NCBI GenBank assembly: GCA_024401335.1
Contig: JAKSLH010000004.1
Span: 37,122 to 101,121, forward strand
Direction: 5' to 3'
Length of the DNA: 64,000 nucleotides
Source: Bacteroidales bacterium
GTDB lineage: Bacteria > Bacteroidota > Bacteroidia > Bacteroidales > Marinilabiliaceae
Position numbers and translations under genes: made by a program. This document shows positions 61,945 to 64,000 of the stretch, piece by piece. How positions within the stretch are numbered: position 1 is the stretch's first letter; the number at the start of each line of letters is the position of its first letter. The notes under the pieces are model-generated. The model was not told where the DNA came from. It did not search any database and saw only the letters and a program-made list of their open reading frames with translations.

Positions 61945-61980
61945 AAAACAAAAAATTAAAGGCTCGGAAAAAACCGAGCC
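61945..61980 (-). terminator. minus-strand-oriented intrinsic terminator with no annotated minus-strand gene upstream of it
   Basis: Stem GGCTCGG / CCGAGCC (61961-61980). On the minus strand it is followed by TTTAATTTTTTGTTTTC. The tail on the plus strand is not U-rich. Confidence 0.45.
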
Positions 61981-62319
61981 CTTAATCAACAATAGACAAC
62001 AACAGATGAAAAAATCTCCGTTTCACAACAGAGTATTCCAAAACTTGATTTTCACATTTATGGAATGCGAACTAATTCATTCGCACTGCAAGTTTAATTG
62101 TTTTTTTTCAAAAATAAATGCAAATAAGACTTAAATTTCAATCTTTTTTACATAATAATTTATATTATGCTAAATATCAAATATTTACGTAATTCCCAAA
62201 CACTATATACAAAACACTATCAGAAACACCACACAAGCCAACATACCCCATAAAATATTTACAACAATAAAAATTCAAACAAAACGCATAAAAGACCACC
62301 AATTAATCCAAAAATAGAT

Positions 62320-62327
62320 TAATTTTG
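62320..62327 (+). promoter_or_regulatory. candidate -7 box (TAatTTTG) for the low-complexity lipoprotein gene
   Basis: TAATTTTG lies ~65 bp upstream of the ATG at 62392. No -33 element seen. The AT-rich context makes chance matches likely. Confidence 0.3.
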
Positions 62328-62391
62328 GTACGATTATTGATTACTTTCAAACAAAAAAGAAAAGTAATAACTAACAAAAACGCCATACGCC

Positions 62392-63855
62392 ATGAAGCCA
62401 CTATTCCAAATAACAGTAGCATCAGCAGCCACGATTCTTATCAGCGGCTGTATGAGCACAGGAAGCATTAGCAACAATGCTATGAATGACGACCTCTACT
62501 ATGGAGGCACTCGTCAGCTTAGCTTAGGCTCCTCGTCTAACCCTAAAGATCAGGTTAGCACCAAAGACATCGACAGCTACAACCAGCGCGTCAACAGCTA
62601 CAGCACAGCACGCTACGCCAACGCGCCTGCTGGTGACTCATACGCTAACGACGAACGCGACTTCAGCGCTATCCAGGAATACTATAGCGCAGAAAACGAC
62701 GCCAACCTCGATGCCAACAAAGGCGAAAAGAAATACCTCGTTCAGGTCAACGACTCAACTTTCATGGAAGCTCAGGAAGCTGACGGCATTTGGCTTGGCG
62801 GATTCAAAGGTAGCGACTACGACCGCGACTATGCAGAACGCATCATCAAGTTCCATAGCCCTCTCATGAGCATAAGCTACTATGAACCTGCTATGTACTA
62901 CCTCCAATACTCTCCAGATTGGAACACATACATCGACAGCTATGGCTATGCACATATCATACCTTCATGGACTAACCCTTGGTACGATGACTACTACTAT
63001 GGCGGTTTCAGCTGGAACTGGGGATGGAGCCATCATCACCATCATTTCGGATTCGGATGGAACTGGGGCTATAGCAGCTACGCATGGGGCTGGAACGGCT
63101 GGTACGACCCTTGGTACTATGGCGGCGGATGGTATGGCTACCATGGCTATTATGGTTACTACGGCTACGGCCACCACCATCACCACCACTATGCTCACCA
63201 CCACCACGGACATGGCTTCTACGATCACTCATACTCACGACCAGAAAGAGGTGGCAACAGAGGCAACATCAATAGCGGCTCTCGCAACGCCAACAGCGCT
63301 CGCAACATCGCCGCTCAGCAGAGATACAGCAGAGGCAACGTATCACAGTACACTGCCGCAGAGAATAGGGAGCGTTCAGTAAGATCTTACACTCGCACTA
63401 GCAACACTTCCAACAGAAACGGCAACGCGACAACAACTGCTTCACCTAGCAGAAACTCATCTTCTGCCACAAGCTCTAGCCGCACTTCATCTACTGGCAG
63501 CAGCTCACGCGCATCTTCTGCAACAAGAAGCGACAACAGAGCCTCAGGCAACGTGTCACGCTCTTCTTCCAACAGAAGCTCCTACAGCGGATCGTCTACT
63601 TCAAGATCTACCTCTAGCGCTCGCACATCAAGCAGCTCTTCTCAGCGCAGCAGTGGCTACTCTAGCGGTTCTTCTTCTCGCAGCTCTCACTCATCAGGAT
63701 CTAGCAGCCGCTCATACAACAGCGGATCGTCACACTCCTCTTCGTCTTCACGATCTTCATTCAGCGGAGGTGGCTCATCTAGCAGATCTTCATCAGGTGG
63801 CGGCGCAACACGCTCATCAGGCGGTGGCGGACGTTCAGGCGGCGGACGTAGATAA
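62392..63855 (+). CDS. lipoprotein with YxWGxW-like W/Y/G/His-rich block and long Ser/Arg-rich, Gly/Arg-terminated tail
   Basis: 487 aa with lipobox LISGC. Residues ~190-280 read ...WNWGWSHHHHHFGFGWNWGYSSYAWGWNGWYDPWYYGGGWYGYHGYYGYYGYGHHHHHHYAHHHHGHGFY. The remaining ~200 aa are mostly S/R/N/T/G and end in GGGGRSGGGRR. Confidence 0.7.
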   Translation: MKPLFQITVASAATILISGCMSTGSISNNAMNDDLYYGGTRQLSLGSSSNPKDQVSTKDIDSYNQRVNSYSTARYANAPAGDSYANDERDFSAIQEYYSAENDANLDANKGEKKYLVQVNDSTFMEAQEADGIWLGGFKGSDYDRDYAERIIKFHSPLMSISYYEPAMYYLQYSPDWNTYIDSYGYAHIIPSWTNPWYDDYYYGGFSWNWGWSHHHHHFGFGWNWGYSSYAWGWNGWYDPWYYGGGWYGYHGYYGYYGYGHHHHHHYAHHHHGHGFYDHSYSRPERGGNRGNINSGSRNANSARNIAAQQRYSRGNVSQYTAAENRERSVRSYTRTSNTSNRNGNATTTASPSRNSSSATSSSRTSSTGSSSRASSATRSDNRASGNVSRSSSNRSSYSGSSTSRSTSSARTSSSSSQRSSGYSSGSSSRSSHSSGSSSRSYNSGSSHSSSSSRSSFSGGGSSSRSSSGGGATRSSGGGGRSGGGRR

Positions 63856-63893
63856 AGAAAACACATGTATAAACACACAAATAAATATAGGTC

Positions 63894-64000
63894 ATGAATA
63901 GAACAAACATCATATACGCACTTGCCCTTTGCGGAATGATCCAGGCAAATGCACAGTCATACCCTGACGCTCTTAGAATCAACCAGAGCAACTACGAGGG
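63894..64000 (+). CDS. 5' end of a secreted protein (continues beyond window)
   Basis: ATG at 63894 giving MNRTNIIYALALCGMIQANAQ|SYPDALRINQSNYE. Signal-peptide-like, and the frame is open to the window edge. Confidence 0.45.
   Translation, partial: MNRTNIIYALALCGMIQANAQSYPDALRINQSNYE

Noticed and set aside
62006-62134. 42-codon + strand ORF (MKKSPFHNRVFQNLIFTFMECELIHSHCKFNCFFSKINANKT) with four Cys and three His in the AT-rich gap
   Set aside because: It is short, has no recognisable promoter or signal peptide, and carries AT-driven codon content. It cannot be distinguished from chance without expression or conservation data.
62633-63991. Many overlapping ORFs on both strands within and after the low-complexity lipoprotein gene (e.g. 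62882-63382, 62965-63228, 63653-63901, 63779-63991)
   Set aside because: They are products of the repetitive codon composition (GGC/TAC/CAC/AGC runs), which keeps several frames open. Only the 62392 frame has a lipoprotein signal and spans the whole region.

Overview
This window reads as a core-chromosome segment of a Bacteroidota genome, probably order Bacteroidales. The evidence for that placement is SusC/SusD pairs, a hybrid two-component regulator, TAnnTTTG-type -7 promoter boxes, a PorE-like T9SS protein, and many lipoprotein or signal-peptide proteins. All family calls come from motif and architecture recognition by eye. No homology search was possible.

Layout:
- 1-1768: small + strand genes (FKBP isomerase, a lipoprotein, an AlaX-like editing domain).
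- 1894-17201: a polysaccharide utilization locus. The minus strand carries susC-susD-SGBP, two tandem CE1-like esterases and a GH3. The HTCS regulator is divergent.
- 17294-22329: tRNA-Ser, a lytic transglycosylase, and a menC / AMP-ligase / MFS-acyltransferase operon.
- 22393-27268: a TonB-dependent receptor, a secreted HMA protein and a GH3, apparently one unit.
- 27526-32060: WbqC-like gene, ABC-F ATPase, secreted oligoendopeptidase F.
- 32269-39261: two tandem copies of a two-gene module (YfiR/DUF4154-like periplasmic protein plus an atypical TonB-dependent-receptor-like barrel).
- 39383-46325: PorE-like OmpA protein, a 1007-aa TPR protein and a 606-aa beta-barrel.
- 46405-49696: aroC, slyD with a Cys/Gly tail, and a leaderless ConA/GH16-like repeat protein.
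- 49851-61720: a long + strand unit of dCache-HAMP-MCP signalling protein, pbpC, alpha-2-macroglobulin, esterase and MINPP-like histidine phosphatase.
- 61721-62391: a 670-bp AT-rich non-coding region containing 11-bp tandem repeats.
- 62392-63855: an extreme low-complexity lipoprotein with a W/Y/G/H-rich block followed by a Ser/Arg-rich tail.

I saw no CRISPR array, integrase, transposase or rRNA.

The most interesting candidates are the MCP translationally coupled to pbpC-A2M in a lineage not expected to do chemotaxis, the duplicated YfiR-like/TBDR-like modules that have no cyclase or kinase partner, and the aromatic/His/RS-rich lipoprotein.
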